NCBI RefSeq assembly: GCF_009914755.1
Contig: NC_060932.1
From: the human T2T-CHM13v2.0 reference genome, Homo sapiens
Direction: 5' to 3' (one strand)
Length of the DNA: 64,000 nt
The notes beneath the pieces were generated by a model. That model had not been told where the DNA came from. It worked only from the letters and a program-made list of their open reading frames with translations, and did not search any database. Positions 1 through 13,950 of the stretch are shown piece by piece (within the stretch, counting starts at the first letter, position 1; each line of letters starts with the position of its first letter). The translations under genes were made by a program, and so were the position numbers.

Positions 1-249
1 AGTGGCTGCACACGGGAAGGTCAAAGTTCTAGCTTCCCACCAGGTATGTATGATCTGTCCGTCCACAGTCCTCCTAGGAATGATACAACTTACCCATCAC
101 AGAGCTTTCTAATTTTTTTCTAACCATACATTATGTTGCCTGGAACAGGGCTGACATTCCACCTTTATCAGTTGCCCAGGATTAATACTCAGCCACATTT
201 GTCCATTGGGAAAGAGAGGTTTTTTGGCTTTTGACCCTTACCCACAGCT

Positions 250-960
250 AGTGTACCTTTTTCTAGTTTCTAGAAAAGCTTGCATAAGATAGGAGTTGTC
301 TATTCCAAGAAGGTTTGGTAAAATTTGCCTGTGAAATTATCTTATGCTGTTGCTTTTCGGGGGTGAGCAGATGGTTGACTACCAACTTAATTTACTGAAT
401 GGTCAATTCAGAATTTCTATTTTTGTTGAGTCAATTTTATTAATTTTAATTTTTCTGAAAATATGAATTTCCTTCAAGTTATCAAAATTATTGTCATAAT
501 ACTATTTGCAGCATTGCTTAATGATTGTTAAAATTTTTCCTGAAGCTTCAGTTATATTTTCTTTGTTGTTCTTGGTATTGTTTGACTCGTCTCTTTTTTC
601 TTGAGCAATGTTATCAGAGAGCTGTTTTATCAGTGAACTACCTTTTTAAAAATAAACGTCTTTATGATGTCCTTATTTTCTATTTAATTGCTTTTTGATT
701 TTATCTTTAAGTTTCATTCAGTTAATTCTATTTTTTCCTAGCTTTTGAGTTAAATATGTAACTTTTTGTGGTTTAATTTTTTTCCAATATATACATTTAA
801 GAGAATGTATTTCCCTCTAAGTATTCTTTAAGTTGCATTACTCAAGTTTTAATGCATAATGCCTTTATCATCATTCACTTCTAAATTACCATTATGCTTT
901 CTACTTTAACTCATGAATTATTAATAGTGCTTTTCAATTTCTAAACATATGTTTTATTTG
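250..960 (-). mobile_element. Ancient L1M LINE-1 ORF2 fragment, highly diverged
   Basis: T-rich tract. aggtttggtaaaatttgcctgtgaaattatct resembles antisense L1 ORF2 (ggtagaattcagctgtgaatccatctgg, compare 27520-27545). Boundaries approximate. Confidence 0.5.
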
Positions 961-1825
961 TTTCTTTGCATGACTTCACTCAAGTAAGGTGTTAGCAGCC
1001 TATTCTCTTTTACAGCAATAAAATAAAAGGTGTCCAGAAAAGAAATTATGGTGGAGGCCACAAATACGTTGGGTTTATCTTACAGAACAAAAAGAAATAA
1101 CCTTATTTCATAGATCAAGCATACAACTGCATAGAACAATGTTTATTTACTAAGTTTATTCTACTTTTTTATGGGTATGTTATCATTCAGCCGAGGTTTA
1201 GTTACTACACAAAATATGTAAGGAATACAGTTGGTTCTGAGGACGCACTTTATTGAAGTAACAAAACAAATATGTGAACAGCTCTGTGATGGGGCCAGCA
1301 GAGAGTCTATGGAATAGAAAAGGATTGCCCGGCCCAGAGATGAGTGGGAAATGAGGAGGGTCCACAGACGCTTCTGGGAGAGGATGGCAGGGCTGCACCT
1401 TGAGGAGGAAGCAGGAGTCTACCCAGAGAGTGGAAAATGGTTCTCCAGGCACAAGGATTAGCTGGGACAAATGTGTGGAGGAGGACAGAGTAGGTGGACT
1501 TGGCCATGATACAATACTGGCTTGAGTTCTGAGTCATTTCTTAGTGTCTGGGAATCACACCAGGAAAACAAGAGGATTAGAGTATTTGGATTAAGGTAGG
1601 CTCTTCCAGTGGTGGTTTGTATGTTGTGTTTCACTTCTATCCGTAATCCTCCAGCCTTTCTGAGGAGGCACACTGCTCCCTTGCTGGTGGGCCCAGGTGG
1701 GCCTTCCTTACCGTCCTCCAAGGGATAACAAAAGCTGGTCAGTCTCAAAGCAGCTAAAATTGTTCAGCTGCCTCACATCTCCACAGGTGAACAGAAACCA
1801 TAGTCCACAGTGATTGGGCTCTCAC

Positions 1826-1985
1826 CATGTGCCAGGCACTGTGCTTGATGCCCTACATGTGTTATCTCATTAATTTTGGAGCAAGCTGGGGGCAAGTCCT
1901 GCTACCATGCTTCATATCACAGATGAGGATACTGAGGGTTCAGGCTGTTAAATATTTGCCCAAGGCCACTGCCATGAGCTGAATC
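1826..1985 (-). mobile_element. MIR SINE fragment
   Basis: catgtgccaggcactgtgct...cagatgaggatactgagg...ttgcccaaggcc matches the MIR core in antisense orientation. Confidence 0.6.
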
Positions 1986-2009
1986 ATCCATAGGAAATAA
2001 TTTCCCAAT

Positions 2010-2377
2010 TTGGGGTGAGAATTTTCCCCCCAGATTCATATGTTGAAGCCCTATTACTTCATATGTTGATGGTTTCTGGAGGTGAGGCCTCTGGGAGATT
2101 AATAGGCTTAGATGAAGTGGTAAGGGTGGGGCCCTCATGATTGGATTAGGGTCCTTATGAGAAGAGAAAGTAGAGGGCTTGCTTCCCCTCTCTCTACTTT
2201 GTGAGGACATAGTAAGAAGGCAGCCATCTGTCTGCATGCCAGAAAGAGAGCCCTCACTGAGGAAGTGAATTGGCTGGCAGCTTGATCTTAACCTTCAGGA
2301 TTGTGAGAAATACATCTCTGTTGTTTCAGTCACATAGTCTAGGTGTTTTGTTGTGGCAGCCTGAGCTGACTAATACA
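2010..2377 (+). mobile_element. MaLR solo LTR (MLT1A-like)
   Basis: cagattcatatgttgaagccct, gtggggccctcatgattggattag, gtgaggacatagtaagaaggcagccatctg and terminal gcagcctgagctgactaataca. Confidence 0.75.
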
Positions 2378-2389
2378 TTTTTACAGCTA

Positions 2390-2469
2390 TTAGGTTGGTG
2401 CAAAAGTAGTTGCAGTCGTTGCCATTGAAAGCAATGGCAAAAACCGTGATTATTTTTGCACTAACCTAA
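2390..2469. mobile_element. MADE1 (Hsmar1-derived MITE), 80 bp
   Basis: ttaggttggtgcaaaag...tttttgcactaacctaa. 38-bp inverted arms with a 4-nt spacer. TA duplication at 2388-2389 and 2470-2471. Confidence 0.92.
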
Positions 2470-2696
2470 TAGAAAGTAGCTGAGATAGGATTCAGTCTCT
2501 TCAGGCCCAATACAAGAGCCCGTGTCTCCCTCTGTCTCACTGGAAAATAAGAGCATGGGCTCAATCTGTGGGCCTCACACAGGTAATAATGCAGACTCAT
2601 GAACAATTCTGAACATTGCCCAAAGCTCTGCAGCAGGTGCATGTATACAGCATGGTCTCACAGGTAAGCAAAAGCAACAGCCAGCTCACTGTGCAA

Positions 2697-3220
2697 TTTG
2701 TCAGGTAGGACGCTCTCAGTTAACAGTAACAGAACAGCCAAATAAACATGACTTAAACAATAGTGTTTTATGTGCTTTTTTTTCAACAATAAGCTGCCCA
2801 GAAGCAGGTGGTCCCAGTACTGACTCAGCCAGTACTGACTGAGCATCTTGACAATGTCATCAAGGACTCAAGTATTCTCCTGTCTTGGAGCTGTCTTTCA
2901 TGGTGTATAAATCATATTGCCATACATGGTCCCAAGATAGCAATGGCAAAAGCAAAAGGGAGGCACAAGCGCTTTGGCATTTTTTATGTGTTTTTTTTTT
3001 TAGTCTATTTTTATCATGGAGTGAGAAGGAATATTTTCTAGAAGTCTCCTCCAAACATGGGAAATTTCTCTTTATGTCTCATTGGCTCAAACAGATTCAC
3101 ATAGGCAAGCTGGAGAGTAAGAGCCCAGTATCTTCATTCCCATCACTGGAAGAAGGGGGGTCTGCTAGGGACAAAGAATAGGGAGCAGAATTGTTGTTGG
3201 CAACCCACAGCATCTGCCAC
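2697..3220 (-). mobile_element. Old MaLR LTR (MLT1J/K/L-like)
   Basis: cagttaacagtaacagaacagcc...acttaaacaa, atggtcccaagatag and tctcattggc motifs typical of antisense old MLT1. Confidence 0.5.
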
Positions 3221-4354
3221 AGAAGCTCAATTTAACAGAGTGTTGTATTGCTGTTTGCTGCTTTCCACTTATTGTCTGTTGATTTATACACATCTATGAT
3301 TAATTTAGGAAGTGAAAAAATTGCTTTACTCTTTAAGAAAGAAAATTTGTTTGACGGAAACACTCTCAAAGCTGAGAGTCAATCATTTATTCAAAATGCA
3401 AAAAAAAACATTTACTGAGAACCTACTTTATGCCACGCTACGTACTGTAGACAGAGAGATGAAAATAATTTTTCATATAGATAATAATAATAATAGTGGG
3501 TTCCTTTGTGGTAGAAGAATTACAATAACCTCTTTCTTTATTAGCTCTCTTCACCTCTAGGGATGATGGATCAGTACTTATCCTAAACCATTGCACTCTC
3601 CCCATTCTGCCTCAGACAAGACATGAGCTGGAAAGACTAAAATGTGGGGCAATGCATGCATGCAGGATTTATCTCCAGGGAATTTATGAGCCAAAGCAGA
3701 CAAACACCATGAGGTGGTAATTCGAGGAAACATCACATTTGCTGGTTTATTTCACAGCAAGTCCCAAATTTCATAGGTCATAGCATCCTGGGTTTTCCAT
3801 TGGAGGATCTACATAATTTTACGACTTCTTATCATCCCAGAGTTTACATTCCATGCAGGAAGCGGAATCCCACACCTGTGATCCCCTGACAACAGTCCAG
3901 GTCCCAGGTGTCATGAGCGAGTCAAGCAGAGGGAGTGGTTACTGGAGGAGCAAGCTGGCCTTGCAAGGCCTGGGAAGGGTGTGGGCAGAGCAGGGGTTCG
4001 GGCCTTTCACCTGAGAGCTGGCTGCAAACAAGGCTTAGAGAGGAGAATGAACAACAGCAACAACAGTAATAGTAAAAACGGCTCTGTAAGAGCACTCAGT
4101 ATGAGTTCCACACTAAATTATTTAACCCTTACTTCAAACTTGTAAGGCAACTAAGGTATAGAAAGATTTAGAAACTTACTAGAAAGCAAGGGAAATGGGT
4201 TTTAAGCCAACATTTACCTGCCTCCAGAACTTTAACCAACACATTGGGATAACACAAGTGCACCTGTTGGCCCAGAATGGACTGTTCACATACATGTGGT
4301 GGAAGTTAGACCAGGAAAATAATTTGGGTCAGATTGTCATTTATTTGAGGGATG

Positions 4355-4456
4355 GCCATGAACTTCTTGAGAGTAGACATTGTGTTTCATTCAATGTTTA
4401 CTCCTAATACCTGGTATATAACATGTGACTGATAGGTGTTTATTAATGAATGAATG
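4355..4456 (+). mobile_element. L2 LINE 3' end
   Basis: catgaacttcttgagagtaga...taggtgtttattaatgaatgaatg tail. Confidence 0.5.
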
Positions 4457-4803
4457 GGTGGAAAGATGTTATACGATTTAGATCAATGGAAAGTTGAATT
4501 ATGGAGTTTGGACTTCAACCTTTGGTTAATGGGGAGTCAGGAAAGTTTCCTGAGGAGGAGACAGGAGAATAGCACTGTTTCAGGATTGAGTTGGCAGTAA
4601 TGTGTAAAATTTTCATTCTCATGTCCTATAAGGCACAGCTAATTTGATTGCATTCCACATGGGGAGTCCTGGCTCATCCCAGCCAGCTCAGCCTAGGTTG
4701 GTGATCTCGGCCTGCAGGTCCAAAGAGGTAGAGGAGTCTGGAATAGGCAATAGGGAAGTCTGGGAGCCAAGAAGTATAGCCAAATTCATCCTCCTCTGAT
4801 ATC

Positions 4804-5040
4804 TTTCCTGCCTGCCATGCATGAGTCCACCCAGACACCCCTGATGGCATTGACTTGGGGACGCTCTCCTGGTTCCAACTCCCATTTGTCACCTGGGTCT
4901 CCCATTTGCCACCTGGCTCCCCCATTTGCCACCACTGCCATGCATTTCCTGCCTGCCATGCATGGGTCTACTCAGGCCTCTCTGATGGCATTGCCTTGGG
5001 GACGCTCTCTTGTCCCAACTCCCATTTGCCACCTGGGTCT
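4804..5040. repeat. Compound local tandem duplication (two ~97-bp units plus 20-bp subrepeats)
   Basis: 4804-4900 vs 4945-5040 differ by 11 substitutions and 1 indel (manual count). A 20-bp unit cccatttgYcacctgg recurs at 4881, 4901, 4921 (partial) and 5021. Confidence 0.9.
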
Positions 5041-5402
5041 AATGGCGTCACTGTAAATTCCCTTCAGATCTAGCTTTTGCCCCCCTGCCTGTTCCTTGGG
5101 CTTAGCCCTTTAAACTCCTCCCTATTCCTCACACAATCATAGTCTCTTCTTTAGAAAGGCTGTCTTTGTTTTGTCTGAAGCATTCCCAGAGTTGTGAAAT
5201 GTGTGCCTGGCTGTCAGAAACAATGATAGGACTCTTAATGTCTTGGTGCTTTAAAATGGATATGGATATTTCATTTGCTTGCTTTTTTATATTACCTTTG
5301 AAGTCTTGAAAGACAGGTACCCTCTTCTCACATTTTATTCAGATTGCCATTAGTATAAAATACAACTTAATTGACCCAAATTAGGACGCACTTTTGGAAT
5401 GG

Positions 5403-5404
<2 letters not shown>

Positions 5405-5454
<50 letters not shown>
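5405..5454. repeat. (AC)25 microsatellite
   Basis: Perfect dinucleotide run seen directly. Confidence 0.98.
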
Positions 5455-5456
<2 letters not shown>

Positions 5457-7960
5457 GCTTTAATTTTTCATTTAGTCCTGATTCTGCAGTTGAGGGCAAA
5501 GGAGCATGACTTTTGAAAGTGCCAAGGTGTATGTAATTTTTGAAGACAATGTACAAATTAAAAATAAGTTGCCAGCCTTCATGAGTTTTTGCATGTTCAG
5601 ACACTGTTGATTGTGGGCAGTCAGGTGTATTCGGTGTTTCAGTGAGGCATGGAAGATGGATGGAAGAGAAAACATGGGGTTGTTAGCAAGGCCAGTGTTT
5701 GAGGAGCTAGGAAAATTCTCACTTTCTTAAATTGGTAAAGCTATTGGCAATATTTTGCTTCCAGAAAAGGAAGATGAGGAAGCTAACATTTGAGCAGGTA
5801 CAATGACAAACTAATTTGCCTGCAAATTCCAAGTTCCATGGAATCTGTCCTATTCACTCTTTTCCTCTCAGAGCCTCCACACATGTGAAGGCCCCCTTCA
5901 CAGGGAGCTGGAAGTCATCCTTCTGTGTAGCATCAGCCCACTGGCCAGTACCAGAATAGGCTTGCAGGGGCAAAGATAAGCCAGTGTCCTAGAAAGAGGC
6001 AGACATCAAAAGCAGCTAAGCCAGATTGGTCCTCATGATCACCCCACCTTCTACCCCACCCACCATCCAGATGTACCTGGGCTTGCCTGAGAGATTTCAG
6101 TGGGCCAGGGCCCGTGCAAGGGCAGCTGCTCAGAATCTGACTAAAGGCTAGGCTTTGTTTGGCTAATCGAGGTACAGGGTATGTAAATGGTTGAGATATG
6201 GAGTAGGGGCAAGGGTTTCAGACAATAGGGTGAGGAGAGAGAGAGACGACAGCTTCTTTAGGGAAGGGAAATTTGAGGGAAAAAAATGCTTAAGGAAGAA
6301 ATTCAGAAATTTGGGCATTGATGTATGTGATTTATTTCTATTCTTTGTAACCTTAAATAGCCTTCAGGAAGAATATTTTTGAAGAAATCTACCTCTCTTT
6401 TCCAGGTTTTAGGAGTTGATGTATGATGTGGCCGAGAGGGGGTAGTTTTGAGGATGTGTATGTGTGTGTTTGTGAGTGTGTCGGTTTGTATTTTCATGCT
6501 TATGTATTGAGAACAGACTTAAGTATACACTGGGGCAACCCAAGAGGTTTTAGCTAATCCAGGTTACAGCATTTTACAGACCTCAGAGTCCTTTAAAATG
6601 GCACAGGATGAAGGTGGTCAATGGAAAGCCATAACTTCCTCATCCTACTGTACCCAATTCTGAGGACTCTGTTCCTAAATACCTTCTTGGATGAGAATCC
6701 CAGGGCAACAATGAAAGTTCCTAACAGGAAGTTATGAGGGTGCTGCTAACAAGGTGACTGTAAAGATTTGACAAATATCTCTCACACGACTTTAAAAAAT
6801 GGGGACCAGGATGCTCACTAAATAGAGAAAATGCAAGGGATATTTCACACATCCTAAGTGAATGATAAGGGATATTGTACAACTGATATCCATTTACCAT
6901 TTCTTATTCCTAAGTAATTTTTGTTCCCTGGAGCTTGAAAGAGATGCTTGACAAGGTTTTATAAAATGCAGGTTGAAAAAGCACAGCTTGCAGAGTGATT
7001 AAAATGCATCCTTATTGTGTTCTCCTGCCATCTATTTAATATGTGTTCAACCTTCTCCTGCCCCTGGATGAAAATAAGGCAAGTCCATGACTTGTCTGGT
7101 GACTCAGGTAACTGGCGGTTCTACAGTCATTTTAAGTCTCCACCACGGCCTTGATTCAGTAATTGAGTGCTCAAAGATATTAGCCCTATATCTCAACCGG
7201 ATTTGATAGTGAGTGTTCCTCCTTTCCCCACATCAGGTGTCTTTAGGCTAAAAGCTTGTGGAGGGAATGGTGGAGACCTGGGGCCTGGCTTCTCCGTTTC
7301 TCAGTTTTTGCTTCTACAGTCCCCTGAACCCCAGCTTCTCAGCACCTTATGACCCCTTGAGGATTGGAGGAAAGGGAGAAAAGGTAAAGGAACAGCACAA
7401 GTCCCTTGCAAATACCACCATCATCAGCAACCCTAGCACCCGAGGACCTGGTGGAGGCCTGGACATTCTTGAGCACTTCATGAATCCTACCACTGAGACT
7501 CCCCTGACGTTCCCCCAACCCAGATGGAAGCAACTTGACTTGGGTGGATGCTTCACCTTTTCCCTCAGATTCTAGGAATCGAGGTTGTTCATGATGGATC
7601 CCACCCCTACTTGGGGCAGCCCTATTAATTGGAATGTCCCCATCCTGGCTTTCTCTCAACCCATCTCAGTCCCATACTGACTCATGGAAAACATTCGCAT
7701 GTTCCTTGTTCCAAAAAACAATGGATCCCCATGCAGCAGGTGCCCTGAGTTTTACCCCCAAAATGGCACATCAGCCCTCCTCCACCCACTGCATTTCCTG
7801 GTTAGCAGTTATATCTCAATTGCAGGGAACACATTCCAAAGCTCTTGGGGTGACCCCATGGAAGACTCACCACACTTGACGTGACACCCATAAATACAAT
7901 TGCATCTCTGAGGAAACCTCCTCAGCAATTTTCTTTCTTTCATTCCCTTAACACTCTTTA

Positions 7961-8292
<332 letters not shown>

Positions 8293-11200
8293 CACAATGA
8301 GGAAGAGGAGCCTACTGCTTGGGCAGGTCCTCTGACATTTCCTTCGTAAATTCCATATGTGGAGACCTGGATTTGAATCTCTCATCTGTTACCTCCTAGT
8401 GCTTATCATGAGGCTTACCATGAGCCTTCAGTTTCAACATTCTGTTACAAATTTGATTCAAGATTATTTGTGTGCCAAGAGAAACTTTAATTTTTTCTCC
8501 CTTTGGTTTCCCATCCAAATGTTCTGTGCCTTTGTGGTTTTATGACTCAGACTCTAAGACACACTAAGTCACAAGATGGAATGACTCACACCTGGTCTGT
8601 ACTCTCTCTAAAGCTCTAAAAAAAGGATGGCTATATTGAACTAAGTCTGAGAATTCTAGAATTCTAGGTAAAGCAGATTTAAAATGGAGAGAGGTTTTTC
8701 ATACTGAGAATTAAAGGAAGAGACCTCTGCATTATTCTGGGAATATGGTAGCTATAACCAGGTAAAAGTACCTGAAAAATGAAGGTGAGATATGGTAACA
8801 TCTATTTCGGCATCTACTATATCCTAAGGTGAATTGCTGTGTGCCTTATATACTTATCATTGAATTATTCAGATTATCACTTAATCTTTAAAACAAACAT
8901 GCCTGTCCCCTAGCTAGCCTTCATTAAACACCCCCATCCCCAACCTTATTGCTGAGGATATTTTAAAGAATTAAGGTTAAGCTGTCAATGTTTGACTTAC
9001 TTCCTGTGCTTCCTCTTCATCAACCCTCTCCTGATGACCCAGATCTGGGCACCAGAAGAATGGAAGAGCTGTTGGGGTAATGTGGATGTAAGCAATCTAG
9101 GAAGAGTCCCCTTTCAAATCACAGCATCAGCTCAGCCTGGATGATGGTAGAGACCATTAATTACGTCCCTCCTACCTTTTCCAAATAAAGCATATTTTAA
9201 GTTAGTCAAGTGAACAATCTGGAAGTTGTTTCTTTTAACATATTTAATTCTGGCAGCTCTATTGAGTGCCTGCAGTGCTGGACGGGAGCTGAGTGTCAGG
9301 AGGGATTACGGATAGGAGTCCTGTATCTGTAGTCCTGCCCTTCAGGCATTCATTTGAAGGGGAGCAGACAGTGTTCACATGGATCCCTCAGATCCAGTTA
9401 TGACAAAGGCCCTTGTGAGGGTAGGTGCCTAGAGCAACATGGGCCCAGAGAAGGAAGCTGCTGAGGAGAGATTGGAAGGGAGATTCACCAAGGGGAGCTT
9501 GCAGTTAGAGAAGATGTTGGGATTCAGAATCAAGGATTGTACATGAGGGTTTGTGTATGAGGGTTCTGGGCTCACTTTCCAATTATTCCTGAACTAGCCA
9601 ATGTCACAAAAGGGAAAGCCAGACACATTCCCTTGTGTCTCGGGGACTTGGGCATTAATTTGCCTGGCATAATGGAGAGGGTATGGAATGTTTAAACACC
9701 TTGATCTTAGCTTCTATTCTGCTGCCAATCTGTCTTGTGACATCACACAAACACATTTTTTACTCTAAGCCTTCATTGTCCCTTGAGCTCTCAGCAACCT
9801 GCAAGGCAGGCAAGTCAGGATTTATCCTCCTCATCTTGTGCAGAAAACAAAACTCAGTGTCAGGGAAGGGAGGAAGGAATGCTCTGATCTGAGCTTTACA
9901 GTTGCCCTGCAAGGTGAGCTATCACCCTCAGCCTCATTTCACAGATAAAGCAACATACTAGAGAGACTAAGTTATTTTCCCCAAACTTGTGCAGCTGGCT
10001 TAGGCGAAAGCAGGTGTTTCCAGCCATGCTGGCCTGCCTCCAGACAGTGTGTTCTTCCACTTCTGCTCACACATTTGGAGCACAAAACCTGGGGTGTGAT
10101 TTTCAGAAAACGTGAAACATCACCTGTTCCAGAGTGAAGACGTTTCATGCTTTAAAAAATCTAATAAGGCATTCTGCCTCCTGTAGCTAATCTCCAGCTC
10201 TGAGGCAATGTCACGAGTGGAGTATCATGGAAAAGACCATCGAACTTCGTGTTGCCATGCCTTTGAGAAACCATTTTTTCCCTTTCTAAAGCAAACTAAA
10301 TATGCCATCAGTGAAGCCTAATTTAATAACCCTTTGAAAAAGAAGCTCTGGCCCTCATTAAAGTGGAAGCCACTTATTACCTTGTCTATCATCATCTGGG
10401 GAAGGGTCCCATGACCTACCATACCCTGATTCACCCCAAAGCCTACAATCAAAGCCATCTTGTGCTATTATTCTTCCAAACTCTTTCTTCTTCAAATACT
10501 ATTACATTTATAAAATCTTGAGTAAAATGACTTTGATCTAGTATCCCAATATAGAAAAACATCATTAATTTAGGTGTCATCAATTCATACAATGTGGAAA
10601 TCTGGGCTTATGTGAACTGCATTTGCTTTTCTACTTTGTAGTTTTCTAAAAGCCTAATGCTTGCAGTTCCATGAACTCATTTCATGTCTATCAAGTTCTG
10701 CTGGTACTTATTGCCAACTTTCCTTCAAATTGGTCCCTCTTATCTCCCTCTTTATTGTTTCCTCAATAGTCCTGGCCACAACTGTGGTCCAGTTGCCCCA
10801 GACTCTAATTTTTCCAGGCCCAAGTCAAGTCTGCATAGAACAGTTGGGTGATTTGCAGAAAGACCGCATTTGCTCCACACACATCTCTGGGAACCTCCAC
10901 TCTCTGCTGTCTACAAGTTGAAGTCTAATCCATCTCCTTTTCCAGGTTTTCAAGACTCTTTATGTCTCATACATGCTCCTCTTCTCTAGACCCCTCCCTC
11001 TTCACTATTATCCTTACTTGAACTCCACTCAAAACATATTCTCCATCATACTTTCCCAAGATGACTTACTTTTTCTCATCCTGCATATCTGCTCATGTTG
11101 TTCCTTTTGACTAAAATTTTTCTCCTCTCCCACCTCTGGGAGACTGCTATTCGTGTTCTGGCTGGCCTGTGTTCATATTCAGGGCAAACTCAGAAATAAA

Positions 11201-12843
11201 CTGTAAAATCTTCCAGGAAGATTTGCCTGACCTCTTAGTCCTGAAGAGGAATGTTTCCTTTGTGTTCTCATGGTCTCTCATACTTCCCTGCTGTTGGCCA
11301 ATCACCCTGAACTATTTGCTGCTTATTAATTTGTCTATATCCCTTTTGAGACCATAAACCTGCAAGATTGGAATCACCCAGGTATCCTCAGAAAAATATC
11401 TGGTGCATGCAGATTCTCAGTCAACATTACATAAATAAACAACAAACAATTGAAGATAGGCATATTGATGATGAACGCTGCATGTAAGGAAACCACAGCT
11501 CAGTTTTAGTGATTTTAGTGATTTAACCCAACCGATTTATATTCTTCCTTCACACCATGCTTGATCCATCTCTGTGTCTCCAACTGCACCAGAATAGTGC
11601 CTTGGGCACACTAGGTGCTCAGTCAATGTGTTTGGATGAATAATAGTGCAGGTCATGCTGGCTCTGGCTATGACCAGGTGGTTTTCTAGGGGCTGGAACC
11701 CAGTGTGGCCAGGAAGCCGGCAGAGGGAGAGCTCAGTAGTCCCAGTGATCTAAAAGTGAGTCCCACTGCATCCGTTTTTGTCCTCTTCTCTGTAGTCACC
11801 TCGAGAAGGATGGGGAGGAAGTAAAAACAGCTGGGTGATCCCATTAACAACCAATAATCTGGGAATGCTGCTGAATTCGTTTGAAACTGAACTAGCAGTA
11901 ACTCCCTATGGGTCCATTAACCTGCAGCCAAAATTAGATTATGTAGAAATAACATTAAATAAAGAGCCACAGTGCTCAGTTAATTGAGAGGCAAACTTGT
12001 AAATTGTAAGATCATTCTCTTTGAAAGGCAGACTATTCCATCACCTCAAGACCCTTGGGGGCACTCATAAGTGTCCAGTTTGGTGTTCATTTTAGAGAAA
12101 ACACATTTTCTGTAGAGGCACTTTAGAAATCTATTTGTTGTAGAAACAGTCTGAAATGAAAAAAAATTACAAGCTTTGGAGTGAAACCGAGGTGAGATAG
12201 ATTTAAATCTTAGCTCTATTACACACTAGCTCTGTGACCTTAGAGAAGTGACTTAATTTCTCTGAGCCCCAACAGTCTTGCCTCTTAACTGAGGGCAATG
12301 GTGGTAATAATATGTATCTCCAAGTCTTGTGAGGGAGGCAGGCACATCTAAACATCATTGCAATACAAGGAAGGAACACATTGAGGGATGGTGTTATGGA
12401 AGCAACAAGGAGAACCTCACCTGACCAAGAGAGCCAAGAATGGTGCCTCGAAGAGATGCCAGCTGGGCTGAATTCTAGAGCATGAGCAGGTGCAACTGGA
12501 TTAAGGCCGGGCCACTAGTACTTGCTTTGGAGACAATCTAGGTTTTGATCACTAAGAACACAAGGAGATGGAGGTCAATTTACTAATCAGAACTCCTCGA
12601 GTTTTGATTTTACCCCATGTGACTGAAGAAAGAGCTTTAATAATGTGCTCACAGTGAGGGACAAGCGTGAATAACTATGGCTGGTTTCCAGACTGCCTTG
12701 ACTTAGTTTTGCACACATTTGAGTCCAGAAGAGACTCACTAGGTCTCGGCATAATGAAACCAGGGCCTCTTGGTCATCGAATGCCCCTCAGAGCTCTCAG
12801 TCTCTCTAAGCAAACTCTGTACAAATTTTTAAATAACACTTCA

Positions 12844-13182
<339 letters not shown>

Positions 13183-13829
13183 AGGAAATGAACCAAACTA
13201 TTGGTCTGGAAGAAGGTTGCCCAGCTCCATGAGAAACAAAATTGCAGCTCTCTGAGCTCAGGCCTCTGGAACTGCGATCACTTCCATCCCCACTTCAGGA
13301 CAGCACCTGGCTCAAGACAGCTGCCTGTCCTTACTGGTGGTCACTTCGACAGCCAAGTGCTCCCAGCCTCTTCAGTCATAGGACTTGATTTGGAAACCCA
13401 TCACCACCCTCCCTGCCCCGCTCTGGCTGTCAGGTTGTCAGGGCTCCTCTCTCCTCTCTGGCATAGCCCAGAACTGAGTACAGCAGACCAACAGGGGAGA
13501 CTGGCCCAGAAGAGCATGAGGTATCCCATGTTTCCAATGGGATGCTATGCCCCTCTTCATGGTGTCTAACTTTGTAGTTCCTCCAGGACTTCACTTACAC
13601 TCTGAGTACATAGAGGATCAAAAGGGGAAGTGGCATGTTTTAGTGGAAAAGACAGGTTGTGGCTCAGAAAATTGATTTAACCTCGGGTAAGGCACTTGAC
13701 AATTCTTGGCCTCAGCTTCATAATTTTACTTACCTGTAAAATAAGAGTTGTTGTGGGAATTAAATGACAGACGGCATGAAAAAGCTTGGCACCTTACCTA
13801 ATACATCGGATCGGCTCGAGAAATGGTAG

Positions 13830-13950
13830 ACTTCTTTCTGTCTTCTCCTTCCTTTCCTGCCTCCCTTCCTCCCACTCCTTCCTTCCTCTCCTCCTCCAGC
13901 CATGTCTCCCTCCCTCCCTCCCTCCCTTCCTTCTCTCCCCCCAAGCCTCC
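13830..13950. repeat. CT-rich low-complexity polypyrimidine tract
   Basis: cttc/cctc-rich run seen directly. Confidence 0.8.

Noticed and set aside
4881-4933. Regularly spaced 20-bp repeats suggesting a CRISPR-like array
   Set aside because: Units are contiguous with no unique spacers, there are no cas genes, and the context is mammalian.
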